A stretch of 64,000 bases of DNA, taken from assembly GCA_002450905.1 (NCBI GenBank), contig DKAT01000049.1:11554-75553 (forward strand). The letters run 5' to 3'. Source of the DNA: Spirochaetia bacterium UBA6919 (GTDB taxonomy: Bacteria > Spirochaetota > UBA6919). Below the pieces are notes generated by a model that worked only from the letters and a program-made list of their open reading frames with translations, was not told the origin of the DNA and did not search any database. A program made the position numbers and the translations under genes. Position 1 is the first letter of the stretch. Every line of letters begins with the position of its first letter. Positions 1-10,502 of the stretch are shown piece after piece.

Positions 1-53
1 ATCTGATCATTGACGAACTCCAAACTCAAATTTCTGTCACTGTATAAACCCCT

Positions 54-710
54 ATGAAAGATCAGGATATCCATGATATCATTACAATTTTAAAACAAGC
101 TATTAAAAAATATAAAATTCCAATAGTCACCCAATATGCTTTAAATGAAAGAAATCCTTTCCACATTCTAATCTCAACTATCTTGAGTTTAAGAACTAAG
201 GATCAAACCACTGCAGAAGCATCCCATCGCCTATTATCCCTTGCTGATACTCCTCAAAAAATTGTTAAGCTTGATAAAAATCAAATTGAAAAGCTTATAT
301 ATCCCGTAGGATTCTATCGTGTGAAGGCTGAAATTATCAAAACAATCTGTCAAAGACTTATTGATGAATATAAGTCCATTGTCCCGGATGATCTCGATGA
401 GCTTTTAAAACTAAAAGGGGTTGGAAGAAAGACAGCCAATCTTGTAATTACACTTGGTTATAACAAGCTAGGAATTTGTGTAGATGTCCATGTCCATCGA
501 ATTACTAATCGCTGGGGATATGTTCAAACAAAAAATCCTGATGCCACAGAAAAAGCACTACGTGAAAAATTACCTAAAGAATATTGGATTGAAATCAATG
601 ATATATTGGTAACGTATGGACAAAACCTTTGTTACCCCATTAAACCAGTCTGTAGTCAGTGTTTTATATCTAAATATTGCGATAAAATGGGTGTAACAAA
701 ATTTAGTTAG
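54..710 (+). CDS. nth: Endonuclease III (HhH-GPD base-excision DNA glycosylase with a 4Fe-4S cluster)
   Basis: HhH-GPD motif (LRTKDQTT...[10 protein letters not shown]) and a C-terminal C-X6-C-X2-C-X5-C cluster loop ([17 protein letters not shown]). Typical length of 218 aa. Confidence 0.85.
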   Translation: MKDQDIHDIITILKQAIKKYKIPIVTQYALNERNPFHILISTILSLRTKDQTTAEASHRLLSLADTPQKIVKLDKNQIEKLIYPVGFYRVKAEIIKTICQRLIDEYKSIVPDDLDELLKLKGVGRKTANLVITLGYNKLGICVDVHVHRITNRWGYVQTKNPDATEKALREKLPKEYWIEINDILVTYGQNLCYPIKPVCSQCFISKYCDKMGVTKFS

Positions 711-981
711 AACTAGAAACAGGATAAACTGAAATTCGTCTTTTTACAAGACGATTTTGTGTCCTAAACTTCTCGAATTGAACTTGACCAGCAATTTTTG
801 AAAATAAAGTATCATCAGAACCCATACCCACATTAAATCCTGCAAAAAACTTTGTTCCTCTTTGACGTACAAGAATTTCTCCACCCTTAACAACTTCACC
901 TGCAAATTTTTTTACACCAAGCCTCTGGGAATGGCTATCACGACCATTTTTAGAACTACCTCCACCTTTCTTATGTGCCAT
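703..981 (-). CDS. rpmA: 50S ribosomal protein L27
   Basis: N-terminus [10 protein letters not shown] and the FAGxxV...RQRGTKF motif characteristic of L27. It follows rplU on the same strand. Confidence 0.9.
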   Translation of the reverse strand: MAHKKGGGSSKNGRDSHSQRLGVKKFAGEVVKGGEILVRQRGTKFFAGFNVGMGSDDTLFSKIAGQVQFEKFRTQNRLVKRRISVYPVSSSN

Positions 982-991
982 ACCTTACTCC

Positions 992-1309
992 TTAATTCTT
1001 TGAAATATCTTCAATCAAGATCTTTGTAAACTGTTGACGATGTCCGCGCTTCTTACGATAATCTTTACGTCGTTTATACTTAAATACAATAATCTTTTTA
1101 TCTTTCACAAGGGGATCTAAAACCTTTGCCTTCACTTTAATATCTTTTACAAAGGGTAGACCAACATTCACTACTTTATCATCATGATATATTAAGACCT
1201 GATCAAACTCTAAATCACTCCCTTCTTCAGCATCAATTCTGGGAACAAGGATCCAACGTCCTTTCTCTGCTTTATACTGCTTTCCCTGTATCTTCACAAT
1301 AGCGTACAT
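992..1309 (-). CDS. rplU: 50S ribosomal protein L21
   Basis: MYAIVKIQGKQYKAEKG... is a classic L21 N-terminus. The ORF-track start has a double Met, so I take the second ATG. Confidence 0.9.
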   Translation of the reverse strand: MYAIVKIQGKQYKAEKGRWILVPRIDAEEGSDLEFDQVLIYHDDKVVNVGLPFVKDIKVKAKVLDPLVKDKKIIVFKYKRRKDYRKKRGHRQQFTKILIEDISKN

Positions 1310-1465
1310 CACTCCTCCACGGGATTATAATTACAATCAATTAAATTTATTTAAATTAATCATTTTGTCAAGACATTTTTCATACATGTTAGTTAAAAAT
1401 TTATTAATTCCTATAAATTATTTACAATAATCTAAAAGATACATATATGACAAAAAATATCATAT

Positions 1466-1498
1466 ATGGGAGAAAAATGGGAAAATTATGGGAAAACT
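1466..1498. repeat. Three phased direct repeats of ATGGGAAAA with an exact 11-bp period (ATGGG at 1466, 1477, 1488), upstream of rplU
   Basis: Read directly from the sequence. The same motif in reverse complement, with the same 11-bp phasing, recurs at 52143-52175. Confidence 0.6.
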
Positions 1499-1562
1499 TT
1501 TTTAACAATTATTCAATTAAGAAACACTAAATCTAATTACAAAACTGATATCTAATCATATT

Positions 1563-3059
1563 TCAATTAGATAATCTTCTATTGTCTCTCCACACTGATA
1601 AACCAGATATTGTTAAAAAGATCATTATATTCAAAACAGGCAAAATATTTCTGGAAGATGGAATAGTCATTATAGCGTGTATACCGATATGGACAAAACA
1701 AATAATATATAATATGGAGATCGGTGAAATATATTTAAAATGTTTATATTTCATATACAAAATATAGAATGATAATATAAATCCAACAGACCACAAAGGG
1801 ATGACTCTTGTTAAAGAAATTGTCAGTAGAAATCTTATAAATGCCCCAGGAGATTCAAACGGATTAACAAATTGATTATCCAAATGAGATCTTATATTGT
1901 GGGGGTAGAATTTATGATAGTCAAAGTAATTTAAATTAATACTCTTAGCTTTGATTGTTTGCGCAAATTGTAGTCGTGAAAAACTAGAATAGATAAATAT
2001 TTTATCCTTCGTATGAAATTTATTGGTCGTTTCTAAAGACATAAACAGATTTTTTAATAACATAAAAAATTTATTATAAGAAAATTCAAAAGGATGTGTT
2101 ATGATTCCTTCTACAGCTAATTCCTTACATATTTTAAGATAATTTTCTTTTGTTTTGGCATAATCCATCATTTTTTGATACGGACCATCATCATGAGGAT
2201 AGATCAACCAATCCATGTTGAGCTTGTTAGATGTTCTATATCTTTTAATATAAGGTGCTATTATTTTTTTTATCTCATGATTCTCTTGAGATTTTAAATT
2301 GACGAATTGTCCAGATGTGGCAAATAGCTGACTTGAATCTTGATTAGTTAGTTTAAATTTATTATGATGGTAATAATTAAAAATCAAATGAATGAAAAGA
2401 GGGATAAGAAAAAAAATATAAAACATTAAGGAGCTTAATAATATTCTGTTAATTCTTCTATCCGATTTGTAATAGATAAAAATGGATGCAAGTATCCCAA
2501 TAAATATAAAATAGAGTCCTGTGGGCTTAATTATACTCATAATTCCTGAAAATAACCCAAGGTATATAAAATAATAAATACTCTGTTTCTTTGCAGTATA
2601 CATAATTATCAAAGTGATAAGTCCCATCATAAATGTAAATAAAAGTTCTGGCATAAGAGTCATTTCATAATTTATACTTAAAGTACTTAAGGAAAGGATA
2701 AGAAATAAGATATTTGCAAAATCTTTTGAAGCAGGGAATATCTGTAGAAATATTTTATAATAAATTATCGATAGGCCAATCCCCAATATCATTTGGAATA
2801 CCACAAGAGCTAAAAATTCATGAAATACAAATGCTATTATTGAAAGAACTAGTGGATAGCCTAGAGTTCGAAACGTCTCAAGACTCTTTCCAAATAATAG
2901 AATATTGTGTCCCTCCTGCAAATAAAGTCGGCTATCGACATGTAAAATAATGTAGGGGTATTGGATTATTAAAATAATTCTCGTGAGTACAGCTAAAAAT
3001 AAAATACCCCAAAACAATTTATTGCTTGTTAAAATATCCCTGATATTCATCTTACTCAT
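1563..3059 (-). CDS. Polytopic integral membrane protein, possibly a GT-C-type glycosyltransferase-like protein
   Basis: 498 aa with many hydrophobic segments in the N-terminal half and a soluble C-terminal half. No diagnostic motif recognised. Likely co-transcribed after rpiB-aroE. Confidence 0.45.
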   Translation of the reverse strand: MSKMNIRDILTSNKLFWGILFLAVLTRIILIIQYPYIILHVDSRLYLQEGHNILLFGKSLETFRTLGYPLVLSIIAFVFHEFLALVVFQMILGIGLSIIYYKIFLQIFPASKDFANILFLILSLSTLSINYEMTLMPELLFTFMMGLITLIIMYTAKKQSIYYFIYLGLFSGIMSIIKPTGLYFIFIGILASIFIYYKSDRRINRILLSSLMFYIFFLIPLFIHLIFNYYHHNKFKLTNQDSSQLFATSGQFVNLKSQENHEIKKIIAPYIKRYRTSNKLNMDWLIYPHDDGPYQKMMDYAKTKENYLKICKELAVEGIITHPFEFSYNKFFMLLKNLFMSLETTNKFHTKDKIFIYSSFSRLQFAQTIKAKSINLNYFDYHKFYPHNIRSHLDNQFVNPFESPGAFIRFLLTISLTRVIPLWSVGFILSFYILYMKYKHFKYISPISILYIICFVHIGIHAIMTIPSSRNILPVLNIMIFLTISGLSVWRDNRRLSN

Positions 3060-3063
3060 TCTA

Positions 3064-3918
3064 TCATTTGATATAACTTCTTAAAACTTTCTGTATATCA
3101 TTTTCTGGAGCTTCATGACCTGTCCAAATCCTAAACTGTTCTAAACCCTGGTTAATGAGCATGTCAAGTCCATCTATAGTATTGGCTTTCTGTTGCCTAG
3201 CATCTCTTAGTAGCATAGTATTTAATGGTTTGTAGACTACTTCAAAAATTAAATGATTGGATTTGATGAATTGTTTTGGTAATGGACTATTTTCATCTGA
3301 TAACATACCAATGGGACTTGTGTTAATAATTATATCTGACTGCGATGTTATTTGGGCAAGATCATCAAGATTGCTAAGCATATGAGTCGAATATTTTGTA
3401 AATTGGAGTTCTTTTTCAAGTTGTGTAGTAAAATATTGGAGATTTTTTTGATTACGTCCCACGATATAAAGATGGTTTATAGAAGATTTATCAAGAAGAG
3501 TATAAGCAATGGCTTTAGCTGTTCCACCATTTCCAATGATAAGCACATTTTTTTGATTCAGATCAAAACCTTTTTTTACAATGGAATAGTAAGCTCCAAG
3601 ACCATCGGTATTATATCCAGTCAACTGATTATTTAAATTAGCTATTGAATTTACTGCTCCAATTTTCTTTGCAATAGGATCAATATGATCAAGGTATGGT
3701 ATAACTGTTTCTTTATGAGGCATAGTTACGCTAATTCCCTGTATATTCAAAGCCCTTATACCCTCTAAAGCATTCTGGACTTGCGTGACTTCAAAGGCTA
3801 AGAATATACTATTGAGGTTTAATTTATGAAATGAGGTATTATGCATTAACGGCGACAGAGAATGTTGTACAGGATTACCAATAATACCATATATTTTTGT
3901 ATATCCATCCACTGACAT
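3064..3918 (-). CDS. aroE: Shikimate dehydrogenase
   Basis: N-terminal GIIGNPVQHSLSPLMHN and an NAD(P)-binding GNGGTAKAIAY motif. Start taken at MSVDGY, so that it abuts rather than overlaps the rpiB stop. Confidence 0.85.
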   Translation of the reverse strand: MSVDGYTKIYGIIGNPVQHSLSPLMHNTSFHKLNLNSIFLAFEVTQVQNALEGIRALNIQGISVTMPHKETVIPYLDHIDPIAKKIGAVNSIANLNNQLTGYNTDGLGAYYSIVKKGFDLNQKNVLIIGNGGTAKAIAYTLLDKSSINHLYIVGRNQKNLQYFTTQLEKELQFTKYSTHMLSNLDDLAQITSQSDIIINTSPIGMLSDENSPLPKQFIKSNHLIFEVVYKPLNTMLLRDARQQKANTIDGLDMLINQGLEQFRIWTGHEAPENDIQKVLRSYIK

Positions 3919-3919
3919 A

Positions 3920-4378
3920 TTATATTCCTGGATCAAGATATTTTCTTTCTAATTCTGCAATTTTATCCAATCTTCTCTGGTGTCGACCACCTTCAAATCC
4001 TGTATTTAACCATACTTTTACAATGGAAACTGCGATTTCTGTTCCTATAACACGTTCTCCAAGTGCTAAAATATTTGAATCATTATGGAGTCTTGAGAAA
4101 CGAGCAACGTATTCATTTTCACAACGTGCTGCACGAATTCCTTTAATTTTATTTGCTACTATAGAGGCACCTATTCCAGATCCGCAGATGACAATGCCCC
4201 TATCTGCTTTTTTTTCTGAAACAGCTTTAGCTACAGTAAAGATAAAATCAGGATAATCAACACTTTCAGTAGAGTTTGTCCCATAATCAATATGACTAAC
4301 ACCTTCTTTTGTAAGATATTCGATAATCAATTGTTTTAATTTAAACCCAGCGTGATCAGAGCCAATTGCTATGGTCAT
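3920..4378 (-). CDS. rpiB: Ribose-5-phosphate isomerase B
   Basis: MTIAIGSDHAGFKLK... matches the RpiB/LacAB family N-terminus, and the ~150 aa length fits. There is a GGAAGG ribosome-binding site before the internal Met; the longer ORF-track start is probably an N-terminal extension. Confidence 0.85.
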   Translation of the reverse strand: MTIAIGSDHAGFKLKQLIIEYLTKEGVSHIDYGTNSTESVDYPDFIFTVAKAVSEKKADRGIVICGSGIGASIVANKIKGIRAARCENEYVARFSRLHNDSNILALGERVIGTEIAVSIVKVWLNTGFEGGRHQRRLDKIAELERKYLDPGI

Positions 4379-4573
4379 AGAACCTTCCAGAATATTTAAT
4401 ATTTTGAATAAATTAAACATTTTTTTTAATAGAGTCAAGATAATTTAGCACAGAAGAGAATTCAAGTGTAAATGGAATGGGAAACTAATTATATAAACTG
4501 ATTGTTTAGATTTAAGAACTTGAAATAGTTTTATTTTATGATACGGCCCAAGAAACCGTATCATATATATTAT

Positions 4574-5503
4574 TTATTTTTTAATTTCATCATCGATTTT
4601 TTCAATGATTGTTTCATCAACGAATTGCCCATCTTTAAAGTATTTTTTTATGGATAATTCTCCTTTGATATCGCCTTTTGGCTTATCATAGATGATATAG
4701 AAATCAATATCTTTACTACCTTGTTGGTATCGGATAAAGTTTTTTAGTAAGGTTATATTGATTTTATAATTACCGATAGTATACTTTTCATACTTCTCAG
4801 CCTTTTTGGGATCATTTTCTAATTCCTGGGTGTATACACATATCCTTTTTTTCTTTGGACCAGTACCCAAATTAACCCCTTGTTTAAAATTATATTTTTC
4901 GATTGTAATCCCACCTTTGTCTTTGACAGTCATGGATTGGAGGGATTTTCCTTTCCATTCATATTCTATTGTATTTTCAAGGACAGGTTCATTTAAAAAA
5001 GCACTTCTGCCAAATCTTTCTAATTTAGTTAGATTTCCATCTTTATCCCAGGTATATTGATAATTGGCAATATCTTTTCCATTTTTATCAAATAATGTTT
5101 TTTTCTTATATTTATTATCTTTATCGAAATCTTCATATTTTATAAAATAGTATGATATCCCATCCCGATTTACCTTTGCTTCTGCATCTAAGCCTTTTTT
5201 CTTGTCTTCTACTTTTTTAAAGAAACTGATGGTGTCAATTCTTTTTTTGGATTCATCTTCTTTCGATTTGTAAGTAGCCAGGAAGAAACGTGTATCATCT
5301 TTTTTGGGTGCTTCATCCACTTCATCAATGGAGTATAAATATTCCCGAAATACTTTAAATCTTTTTTCAGGTTTCTCCTTGATTTCATCCGTGGAATCAT
5401 TTTTTTGAGCGTATTGGTTGTTGATAATTGTCAATACAAAAATAAATACTAAACTAACTAATAATTTATAGTTAAAACTTTTAATCATTTTTTTCATAGT
5501 CAT
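4574..5503 (-). CDS. Secreted or lipoprotein, K/E/D-rich, with repeat motifs like the MORN-variant (YwqK-like) family
   Basis: Signal peptide MKKMIKSFNYKLLVSLVFIFVL. Repeated G-K-(D/S) and Y/W motifs such as YEWKGKS, YTWDKDGNL and FDKNGKD. Confidence 0.5.
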   Translation of the reverse strand: MTMKKMIKSFNYKLLVSLVFIFVLTIINNQYAQKNDSTDEIKEKPEKRFKVFREYLYSIDEVDEAPKKDDTRFFLATYKSKEDESKKRIDTISFFKKVEDKKKGLDAEAKVNRDGISYYFIKYEDFDKDNKYKKKTLFDKNGKDIANYQYTWDKDGNLTKLERFGRSAFLNEPVLENTIEYEWKGKSLQSMTVKDKGGITIEKYNFKQGVNLGTGPKKKRICVYTQELENDPKKAEKYEKYTIGNYKINITLLKNFIRYQQGSKDIDFYIIYDKPKGDIKGELSIKKYFKDGQFVDETIIEKIDDEIKK

Positions 5504-5684
5504 AATCCTTTATGCTATTAATTTTTTTGGACACAATATATATTGGCTATTTTACCGAATAAATTAAACAAGTTTCCTTTAAAATTGATATTTTTTTTAA
5601 GAAAAATCGTTTCATGGATAATAAATAATAACACTTAAGTAACATTTTATTATTTTTTTATTAAAGATTTATTATTATTTTATT

Positions 5685-6365
5685 TTGAATAAATTATATC
5701 AGGTTCAGATTATGATATACAGACAAATTGTTAATGTTATTTTATTTATAATTATCCTGTTATCAATTTCCTGCTCAGATGACAAAAAACAGGCTTTGTA
5801 TGATAAATATTATAAGAATGCTGAACGGACTTATCAGGATGAAAGGTATTTTAAGAGGGTTGATCAAAAGGATGAGATGTCCAGAACAGAATGCTATCAA
5901 TCGGTTGAGTGCTATAAAGTATATTTTAATCACAAGACGAAATTACCAATAGAGGAAACTTATATTAAGAATCAAATACCTCTGTGGACTAAGGAATATC
6001 ATTTCGTTGAACTAAGTTCAGGGAAATATAATTTAAAAAATGTTACTATGTACAGTAATAAGAAACTTAAATTAAGTGAAACTATATATAATGAAAAAAA
6101 TGTTATTCTTATGAAATATATCTATTATCTTAATAGTGGGGTTCAAAATAGAATTGAACGATATGTCAATGGGAAGAAGAGGGAATGGTGGACTTATTAT
6201 AATAAAAAGAATCAGTTAATAAAGAAAGAATATTACGGGAAGGATGGAATTGAAGGGACGTGGTTGTTTTTTTATAACACGAATGGAACATTTGAAAGAG
6301 AAGAAAGTTATGATGCTAACATGAAATTATTATATAAACACAATGTGCTTACTCCCACTCAATAG
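5685..6365 (+). CDS. Lipoprotein with MORN-variant-like repeats (YYxxNxL, YYGKDG)
   Basis: Hydrophobic leader ending in LSISC. Repeats include [10 protein letters not shown] and [13 protein letters not shown]. Paralogous to the 19002-19644 gene. Confidence 0.5.
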   Translation: MNKLYQVQIMIYRQIVNVILFIIILLSISCSDDKKQALYDKYYKNAERTYQDERYFKRVDQKDEMSRTECYQSVECYKVYFNHKTKLPIEETYIKNQIPLWTKEYHFVELSSGKYNLKNVTMYSNKKLKLSETIYNEKNVILMKYIYYLNSGVQNRIERYVNGKKREWWTYYNKKNQLIKKEYYGKDGIEGTWLFFYNTNGTFEREESYDANMKLLYKHNVLTPTQ

Positions 6366-7884
6366 TACCTGGTGGTTTTGATGTGATGTCATAAACAACC
6401 CTATTCACACCACGAACCTCATTGATAATGCGACTGGATATTTTAGCCAATACCTCATAGGGGAAGGGGTACCAATCAGCAGTCATACCATCTGTACTGT
6501 TGACAGCCCGAAGTGCTAAAACATCTTCATAAGTCCTGTCATCTCCCATGACGCCAACTGTTTTAACAGGTAACAGGACTACGAATGCCTGCCAAATATC
6601 GTTATAAAGATTTGCTTTATTAATTTCTTCTATCGCAATAGCATCTGCATGTCTGAGGGTATCCAGTTTCTCTTCTGTAATTTCACCAAGGATACGAATA
6701 GCTAATCCAGGTCCAGGGAATGGATGTCTGTGGATCATCTGGTCTGGTAATCCCAGTTCTTTTCCGAGTTCACGGACTTCATCCTTAAATAATTCTTTGA
6801 GTGGCTCTATAAGATTTAAATTCATTTTCTCGGGTAGACCACCGACATTGTGATGTGACTTAATTTTTGCAGATGGATTTGTAAGGGACTGGCTTTCAAT
6901 GATATCAGGATATAATGTTCCCTGTGCAAGGAAGTGAACTTCACCTAATTGTTTGGCTTCTTCATCAAAGACAGCTATAAATTCATGTCCAATAATTTTT
7001 CTCTTTCTCTCTGGATCAGTTACACCTTTTAATTTATCAAGAAATTGTTTCTGTGCATGAACTACATCTAAATTTATATGATAATTTCCTCTGAATAGAT
7101 TTATGACATTCTCTTCTTCGTTAAGTCGCAGTAACCCATTATTAACAAAAATGCATGTCAGTTGTTCCCCTATAGCCTTATGCAGGAGTACAGCTGTAAC
7201 GGCTGAATCAACACCACCACTTAATGCACAGATGACTTTCTTATTTTGCACCTTTGTCTGAATATCTTTTATGGCTTGCTCAACAAAAGAACCCATGGTC
7301 CATGAGCCATGAACCTTACAAATATTAAACAAAAAATTAGATATTATAGTTTTACCAAATTGAGTATGAGCTACTTCAGGATGGAATTGGACTCCATAAA
7401 TATGATTTTTTTGGATTGCGGCATATTTCGTATCACTCGTTTCACATATACCAGAAAAGCCCTCAGGTAATATTTCTACACTATCACCATGACTCATCCA
7501 TACTACTGAAGCACTTTTAACATCATGAAATAATTTATTTTCTTTAGGTATTGTAATTTCTGCTTTCCCATATTCCCGTTTAATTGCCTTATGAACCTTT
7601 CCACCAAGCTCATTAGCTATAAAATGCATACCATAACAGATTCCAAGGACAGGTATTCCCAAATTCAATAGACCAGGTGATGCTTTGTATGGATTATCAT
7701 CATAAATACTTTTAGGACCTCCAGAAAGAATTATGCCTTTGACATTCCGCTTCTGAAGTTCATCAGGAGATATACGATAGGATAATATTTCGCAATATAC
7801 ATGGAATTCACGTACTTTTCTTGCAATCAATTGAGTGTATTGCGATCCAAAATCTAATATGGCTATGATTTCATTGTGGGTCAT
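6349..7884 (-). CDS. guaA: GMP synthase (glutamine-hydrolysing)
   Basis: N-terminal class I glutamine amidotransferase (GICYGMH, Cys-His), a PP-loop SGGVDS, and the conserved C-terminal ...PGTIEWE. Confidence 0.92.
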   Translation of the reverse strand: MTHNEIIAILDFGSQYTQLIARKVREFHVYCEILSYRISPDELQKRNVKGIILSGGPKSIYDDNPYKASPGLLNLGIPVLGICYGMHFIANELGGKVHKAIKREYGKAEITIPKENKLFHDVKSASVVWMSHGDSVEILPEGFSGICETSDTKYAAIQKNHIYGVQFHPEVAHTQFGKTIISNFLFNICKVHGSWTMGSFVEQAIKDIQTKVQNKKVICALSGGVDSAVTAVLLHKAIGEQLTCIFVNNGLLRLNEEENVINLFRGNYHINLDVVHAQKQFLDKLKGVTDPERKRKIIGHEFIAVFDEEAKQLGEVHFLAQGTLYPDIIESQSLTNPSAKIKSHHNVGGLPEKMNLNLIEPLKELFKDEVRELGKELGLPDQMIHRHPFPGPGLAIRILGEITEEKLDTLRHADAIAIEEINKANLYNDIWQAFVVLLPVKTVGVMGDDRTYEDVLALRAVNSTDGMTADWYPFPYEVLAKISSRIINEVRGVNRVVYDITSKPPGTIEWE

Positions 7885-9044
7885 TATTTACCCATACCAA
7901 CACTTTGTGCTCTTTGGAACGCCTTTCCTTCAGTACGAATACTTGGAGCAACAATCATTTCGCACATTTGCATTTCCCGAATATCTGTTGCACCACAATT
8001 TCCCATAGAGTTTTTAAGAGCTCCCACAAGATTCTGGCTTCCATCATCATATCGTGCTGGTCCTAGTAATATTTCTTTTAGAGTCCCCATCACACCAACA
8101 TGAATACGTGTCCCACGCGGAAGCAGTATACTTGGAGTTGCCATCCCCCAATGATAACCCTTTCCTGGTGCCTCTTCAGATTTAGCAAAGGCTGATCCTA
8201 TCATAACAGCATCAGCACCTGATGCAATAGCTTTACATAAATCTCCACCACCACGCATACCACCATCTGTTATTACTGATATATATTTTCCAGTCTTCTT
8301 ATAATAAAAATCCCTTGCTGCTGCTGCATCGACTGTTGCTGTAATTTGAGGGACACCTATTCCCAAGACTTCCCGAGTAGTGCATGCAGCTCCAGGTCCT
8401 ACACCAATTAAGATCGAATCGATACCTGTTTCCATTAGCTCAAGGGTAGCTTCATAACTTACAGTATTTCCGACGATGATTGGAATATTCATCTCTTTGC
8501 AAAACTTTTTAAAATCCAAGGACTTATATTGACTTGAGATATGTCGAACAGTTGTAACAGTGGATTGAACCACGAAAATATCTACTCCTGCGTCTTTTGC
8601 TATTTTAGAATATTTATCGGCATTTGGAGGTGTTGCTGAGACAGCCGCTTTAACACCAGCTTCCTTAATTTCACGAATACGTTTTGTTATTAATTTCTCT
8701 TTGACGGGTTCTTTGTATATTTCTTGTAATATATTGGTTACAGTCTCTTTAGGAGCTTCAACTATACGATTCAGGTGTTCTTCAGGATATTCGAATTTAG
8801 TTTGCAAGCCTTCGAGATTAAGAACTGCAAGTCCACCCAGCTTTCCCATTTCTATAGCAAAGCGAGTATCGACAACACCATCCATTGCAGATGCAATGAT
8901 AGGTATTTCAAACGTATGCCCTCCTACTTTCCAGGTTACATCAACATCATTCGGATCAATGGTCACCTGTCCTGGTACCAGTGCCACATCATCAAATCCA
9001 TAGGTATAACGTGCTTTTCTACCTCTTCCAATCCAAATACCCAT
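7884..9044 (-). CDS. guaB: IMP dehydrogenase family protein lacking the CBS (Bateman) pair
   Basis: Catalytic-loop motif [11 protein letters not shown] with Cys, and the IMPDH/GMPR TIM-barrel motifs GGMRGGGD and [12 protein letters not shown]. At 386 aa it is about 100 aa shorter than canonical IMPDH. The stop abuts the guaA start. Confidence 0.8.
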   Translation of the reverse strand: MGIWIGRGRKARYTYGFDDVALVPGQVTIDPNDVDVTWKVGGHTFEIPIIASAMDGVVDTRFAIEMGKLGGLAVLNLEGLQTKFEYPEEHLNRIVEAPKETVTNILQEIYKEPVKEKLITKRIREIKEAGVKAAVSATPPNADKYSKIAKDAGVDIFVVQSTVTTVRHISSQYKSLDFKKFCKEMNIPIIVGNTVSYEATLELMETGIDSILIGVGPGAACTTREVLGIGVPQITATVDAAAARDFYYKKTGKYISVITDGGMRGGGDLCKAIASGADAVMIGSAFAKSEEAPGKGYHWGMATPSILLPRGTRIHVGVMGTLKEILLGPARYDDGSQNLVGALKNSMGNCGATDIREMQMCEMIVAPSIRTEGKAFQRAQSVGMGK

Positions 9045-9388
9045 TTATAAAACTCCTTAATCAGTGATTATTTTTTATATTGGTATGAGTATAAAATACA
9101 AAATTAACAATTTTTCGATAAAATGAAATTGTTATATATGATAATATAATATATTTCCGATGATTTGATCACATGATTTTTAATATTTTTTGTAAATCTT
9201 CTTTAAAGAACAAGTTAATAATAATTTATATAAAACAAAAAATATTAATTTTATTTTATTAGTAAATGGAATGGTTTCAATTATTTATTTACTATGATAA
9301 TCTAACTTAAGAAAAATTATGATTAACTTAATATAGTTAGGTGTTCATATAATGGTAATCACCAGGAAATTAATTTCGAGAGGTGTTT

Positions 9389-10498
9389 ATGAAAAATATT
9401 GCATTAGTACTCGGTGGTGGTGGAATGAGGGGAATGAGCCACATTGGGGTATTAAAAGCTTTACAGAAGAGGAAAATAAAAATAAGTCAATATATAGGAT
9501 GCAGCATAGGTGCACTTATCAGTAGTTTTGCAGCAAGTGGAATTCCTCCCAAGATGATTGAGAAGTTTGCTAAAAGACTGACTAAAGAAGATATCCTTGA
9601 TTTTCATTGCTTTGACATTTTAAGACGTCGGTTAAAAGTCGGTTGGATTTATCGTGGAGAAAGATTATTAGAGTACCTTAAAAAAAATTTACCTGTTCAT
9701 ACCTTTGATGAATTGACTACCCCACTCTATATTAATTCAATTAATCTGAATTCTGGGAACCTTATTTATTGGGGCTTGCCATCATTCAGAGATGTAACAC
9801 TTGCAGAAGCTGTGTACTCATCCTGTGCATATCCTATAGCATTTAAACCAATTAAAATTAAAGATGAATACTATATTGATGCCGGTATCGTTGATAATCT
9901 CCCTATCAAAGTGACTAGATTTACTAAACCTGATTTGATCATAGCTGTCAATCTCAGATACCGAGGCACATTGGAAGGTAAAAAAATTGAAAATCGCGGC
10001 GTTATTTCCGTAATTGATCAAGTAAATTCTATGATGGGACAAGTTATCTCAGAATATAATTATCAAATTCACCGTGATCTTCATGCCATTTTTATCCATC
10101 CTATAGTTAATCAATATAATTTTCTGGATTTTAGCAATATTCAAGCATTAATTGATGAGGGTGAAAGAGCTACTTATGAAATTTTAGATAAGCATCCTCT
10201 TTTTAGTTCGAAAGATAATGGATTTTCCATCTATGATCTCCTTTTCAAAACAAAACCTATTTTTAATGTTGATCACAATAAATGTACTGGATGTGGAAAT
10301 TGTATCATTCAATGCCCTGCCGATCTTTATAAAATAGATAGTCAGAAAGCTGTATATTTAAAATCTCAGAGAGACAAATGTATTGCGTGTTTAGATTGTA
10401 TCAAACAATGTCCTTATAAGGCTATTTCATTATCTGAAGAGAAACAAACCTTTAGCTTTAGTAATATGCAATACCTTCAAAATATTTTAAGGAAATAA
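9389..10498 (+). CDS. Patatin-like phospholipase fused to a C-terminal 2x[4Fe-4S] ferredoxin domain
   Basis: Patatin oxyanion motif GGGGMRG, nucleophile elbow GCSIG (GxSxG), and a DAG(I)VDN catalytic Asp. The C-terminus has two CxxCxxCxxxCP motifs (CTGCGNCIIQCP and CIACLDCIKQCP). Start taken at the ATG 7 nt after GAGAGG. Confidence 0.75.
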   Translation: MKNIALVLGGGGMRGMSHIGVLKALQKRKIKISQYIGCSIGALISSFAASGIPPKMIEKFAKRLTKEDILDFHCFDILRRRLKVGWIYRGERLLEYLKKNLPVHTFDELTTPLYINSINLNSGNLIYWGLPSFRDVTLAEAVYSSCAYPIAFKPIKIKDEYYIDAGIVDNLPIKVTRFTKPDLIIAVNLRYRGTLEGKKIENRGVISVIDQVNSMMGQVISEYNYQIHRDLHAIFIHPIVNQYNFLDFSNIQALIDEGERATYEILDKHPLFSSKDNGFSIYDLLFKTKPIFNVDHNKCTGCGNCIIQCPADLYKIDSQKAVYLKSQRDKCIACLDCIKQCPYKAISLSEEKQTFSFSNMQYLQNILRK

Positions 10499-10502
10499 TT
10501 AT

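Noticed and set aside
1466-1498. Possibility that the 11-bp phased repeats are a CRISPR array or minisatellite
   Set aside because: The unit is only 8-11 bp with 3 copies and no spacer-sized unique inserts. No cas genes. CRISPR is excluded. A three-unit array of imperfect copies is not a typical hypervariable minisatellite.
1582-2950. Plus-strand ORFs 1582-1767 and 2714-2950 inside the 498-aa membrane-protein gene
   Set aside because: Antisense shadows of a long hydrophobic ORF. No independent support.
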